DNA of 44,111 bases from a virus. Positions within the stretch are counted from its first letter, which is position 1, and each line of letters begins with the position of its first letter. This document shows positions 41,622-44,111 of the stretch, piece by piece. Both the position numbers and the translations under genes were made by a program. Below the pieces are notes generated by a model, which saw only the letters and a list, made by a program, of their open reading frames with translations, did no database searches and was not told the origin of the DNA. The stretch is taken from IMG/VR virus record IMGVR_UViG_3300045988_019654, positions 1-44,111 of that record. The stretch is one strand, 5' to 3'.

Positions 41622-41907
41622 AAAAGCTACACTAACCGACTATGGAGTGCCGCCGGACGATATACCGGCGCTTCAAAGTCATTTCAGACACCTTGATGAG
41701 AATGACAAGTATAATCTTCTGCAAGTGTCAATCAAATATGCACCAGGCATAGAATCACAAATCTATGACAGTATAGTGAACTGCATAGGATACCGGACAA
41801 TGGAGCAATTCCGGGATATACCGGTATCTGAAAATGATTTCTACGGATACAAGCGCAGGACTATGGCAGAATATTATCACTTGGCAAAATTGACCGGAAG
41901 ATTATAA
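41611..41907 (+). CDS. Hypothetical protein (late-regulator candidate by position only)
   Basis: 98-aa ORF, the last gene before the terS upstream region. Confidence 0.4.
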   Translation: MNLRKATLTDYGVPPDDIPALQSHFRHLDENDKYNLLQVSIKYAPGIESQIYDSIVNCIGYRTMEQFRDIPVSENDFYGYKRRTMAEYYHLAKLTGRL

Positions 41908-42020
41908 AATTGATAAAAACTAAAAGTGGTGTAGAGGTACATAGCCCCTAGTGTGGTATTATAGTGTATATAACTATAGCTATGCTAGGGGATTTTATGT
42001 CTGGAGGTGAGAACGTGGGA

Positions 42021-42464
42021 ATGCCAATGGGGAAACCGCCCATGTATAAAACAGTAGATGAAATTGAAGAAAAAATTGAAAAATATTTTGAAGATTGTAA
42101 AGGACATCCTTTGACTGATAGCAAAGGCAAGCAGGTATTTAATAAATTTGGTTCACCAGTTTTTGTAGACGTTCATCCTCCAACAATTACAGGACTGGCA
42201 TTGGCACTTGGATTTGCAAGTAGGCAGGCACTTTTAAATTATCAAACAAAACCAGAGTTTAATGACACGATTACGCGCGCGAAAGCCAGAGTGGAACAGT
42301 ACGCAGAGGAAAGGCTATTTGATCGTGATGGTTCAAATGGTGCTCAGTTCAGTTTGAGAAATAATTTTAAGGGATGGGATGCTGACAAGAAAAATGATGA
42401 TTCTGGAGATGGAAAGATTACGATTGTAAATAATATTCCAAGGCCGGAGAAACAGAATGAATGA
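42021..42464 (+). CDS. terS: Terminase small subunit
   Basis: PPTITGLALALGFASRQALLNY...ITRAKARVEQYAEERLF...GAQFSLRNNFKGW is typical of HTH-type TerS. The gene overlaps terL. The ATG at 42021 follows GGAGGTGA. Confidence 0.8.
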   Translation: MPMGKPPMYKTVDEIEEKIEKYFEDCKGHPLTDSKGKQVFNKFGSPVFVDVHPPTITGLALALGFASRQALLNYQTKPEFNDTITRAKARVEQYAEERLFDRDGSNGAQFSLRNNFKGWDADKKNDDSGDGKITIVNNIPRPEKQNE

Positions 42465-43713
42465 GAATCCGATTAATCTGAATGAAATTATAGCTCCTGC
42501 CTTTTACAATGTGTTCTGGGACATTTTGGACGGAAAACACACCTATTATGATTTGTATGGTGGGCGTGGATCTACTAAATCATCTTTTGTGGGTGTCATG
42601 ATTCCTTTCCTGATGATGCAGGACGCAGAGAACGGCATAATGTCAAATACCGTTATTTTCCGTAAAGTTGGAAACACACTTCGAGAATCCGTTTATGAAC
42701 AGATAGCATGGGGAATTGACGCGCTCGGAGCCAATGAACTATGGGGCACCAGCGTGAGCCCTATGCAGTACACTTATAAAACTACTGGACAGAAAATCAT
42801 ATTCAGAGGGCTGGACAAGGCAAAAAAGACTAAATCTATTAAAGCAAGCAAGGGATATTTCAAGTATCTCTGGTTCGAGGAACTTGACGAATTTTCGGGC
42901 ATTGAAGAAATTCGTACAGTGCAACAGTCAGTCCTTCGAGGTGGCAGTAAGTTTGTTGTATTTAAGACATTCAATCCGCCAATTAGCCGGAGCAACTGGG
43001 CGAATGTGTATGTAGAAGAACCACGAGACGACAGTTACAGACATAAGAGTGATTACAGATCAGTTCCTGTTGAATGGCTTGGTCAACAATTCCTTGATGA
43101 TGCGGAGCATTTAAGAAAGACAAATCAGAGAGCTTACGACCATGAATATTTAGGACTTCCGGTTGGACTTGGAACAAATATTTTTGAGCTGTTGGAGATT
43201 CGGACAATAACAGATGAAGAGATTCAGAAGTATCAAAGCATTTACCAGGGACAGGACTGGGGGTGGTATCCAGATCCTAAAGCATTTCTCCGTGTAGCTT
43301 ATGTTTCTAATCAGGAAAAAGTTTTTTTATTAGACGAGCTTGGAGGTTCCAAGATAAGAAACAAGGAAATGGCTAACCAGATAAAGAAAAAAGGATATGA
43401 TGATTATTCAATATCTTGCGGAGTTGATGAAGAAGAAAGTATTATTGACTTCCGAGATGCAGGGCTTCCAGCACGTAGGGCCATTGTTACACCGGGAAGC
43501 CGTAAATATACGTTTGAGTGGCTACAGTGTCGAACGTTGGTTATTGATCCGGCACGAACGCCTAGAGCATACAAAGAAATTATCAATTATGAGCATGAAG
43601 TAGATAGCAATGGAGAAGTGGTTGCAGATTATCCAGATGGCAACGATCACTGGATAGATTCTCTCAGATACGCAACCAGTCCATTGTCCATGAGAAGAGG
43701 GCATAGTGCATAA
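42457..43713 (+). CDS. terL: Terminase large subunit (PBSX / Terminase_3-type)
   Basis: Walker A-like YGGRGSTKSSF and Walker B-like LWFEELDE are present. The C-terminal nuclease region contains DGNDHWIDSLRY. Confidence 0.9.
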   Translation: MNENPINLNEIIAPAFYNVFWDILDGKHTYYDLYGGRGSTKSSFVGVMIPFLMMQDAENGIMSNTVIFRKVGNTLRESVYEQIAWGIDALGANELWGTSVSPMQYTYKTTGQKIIFRGLDKAKKTKSIKASKGYFKYLWFEELDEFSGIEEIRTVQQSVLRGGSKFVVFKTFNPPISRSNWANVYVEEPRDDSYRHKSDYRSVPVEWLGQQFLDDAEHLRKTNQRAYDHEYLGLPVGLGTNIFELLEIRTITDEEIQKYQSIYQGQDWGWYPDPKAFLRVAYVSNQEKVFLLDELGGSKIRNKEMANQIKKKGYDDYSISCGVDEEESIIDFRDAGLPARRAIVTPGSRKYTFEWLQCRTLVIDPARTPRAYKEIINYEHEVDSNGEVVADYPDGNDHWIDSLRYATSPLSMRRGHSA

Positions 43714-44042
43714 TGAGTAAAATAGGAATAGAACTACCGAAAGAGTATTCGGACAGATTTGACAAATTACGACAGAATCGAGTAGAAGTCAGCTTTTATA
43801 AATATGGCACAGCAGCAGACAACTTTGGAATGAAATTAGTAGATGCACTTGAATCACACGATATGTGCATTAAAAAATATAAAGAAACTGGAAACACAGA
43901 ATATCTTTGCGATGCAGCAAATTATCTCATGTTTGAGTTTATGTATCCACAGATTCCAAATGCATTTTTTAAAGCAACAGACAGTGGAGAGAGTGCCGGA
44001 GTTGCCGGAACACCAATAAATCAGCTAAAAGAAAAATGGTGA
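43713..44042 (+). CDS. Hypothetical protein between terL and the portal gene
   Basis: 109-aa ORF with a TAATG overlap onto terL. Its last 30 nt lie in the terminal repeat. Confidence 0.5.
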   Translation: MSKIGIELPKEYSDRFDKLRQNRVEVSFYKYGTAADNFGMKLVDALESHDMCIKKYKETGNTEYLCDAANYLMFEFMYPQIPNAFFKATDSGESAGVAGTPINQLKEKW

Positions 44043-44111
44043 CTAAATGGGACTTATAACAACACTAAAAAGGTGGTTTAACATGATATTCAAAAAACAA
44101 GCCGAAGAGGA
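44013..44111. repeat. Terminal direct repeat copy 2, duplicating 1..99 including the portal start at 44047
   Basis: Exact 99-nt identity with the window start, which gives a unit genome length of 44012 bp. Confidence 0.9.

Noticed and set aside
1-44111. CRISPR arrays, rRNA genes, transposases or IS elements, reverse transcriptases (DGR or retron), and toxin genes with known signatures.
   Set aside because: I scanned both strands by eye. There are no regularly spaced repeat-spacer arrays, no rRNA-like stretches, no DDE, IS or RT motifs, and no recognisable virulence toxin domains.

Overview
The window is one complete, circularly closed temperate siphovirus-type phage or prophage genome. The first 99 nt are identical to the last 99 nt, so the unit length is 44,012 bp. 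Strong AGGAGG-type ribosome-binding sites and the gene content point to a Firmicutes (Clostridia-like) host. Gene order, read around the circle: terS-terL (41.9-43.7 kb), portal (35..1480), SPP1 gp7/Mu F-like head protein, scaffold, major capsid, head-tail joining genes, major tail, chaperone/Gp15, tape measure, distal tail and a 1040-aa fibre, then a three-domain endolysin and attP with a tyrosine integrase (23.6-25.1 kb). A minus-strand lysogeny-side moron operon follows, then a cI/cro switch (27.3-28.1 kb). The early region carries a Sak4-like ATPase, a DUF669 SSB-like protein, an ERCC4 nuclease, a primase-polymerase/helicase, an iteron origin, a C5-cytosine methyltransferase, a Lar-like protein and many microproteins. 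There is no CRISPR array, rRNA or transposase. The items most worth follow-up are: (1) a 471-nt structured non-coding island inside the head operon holding two non-canonical tRNA-like elements and anti-Shine-Dalgarno-like motifs; (2) a minus-strand operon next to the integrase encoding a secreted protein, a zinc ribbon and a membrane-anchored Mrr-type nuclease; (3) a five-gene cluster of low-complexity, Cys-rich and TNF/C1q-like proteins inserted in the head module; (4) a 2.9-kb AT-richer insertion between the portal and the gp7-like gene, carrying an M14 carboxypeptidase fusion and a hidden antisense ribbon-helix-helix gene with its own promoter and terminator; (5) an antisense two-gene island in the early operon driven by twin extended -10 promoters. 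Several genes under 60 aa are missing from the ORF track and were found by reading the gaps. All family assignments come from motif recognition by eye, not from database searches.
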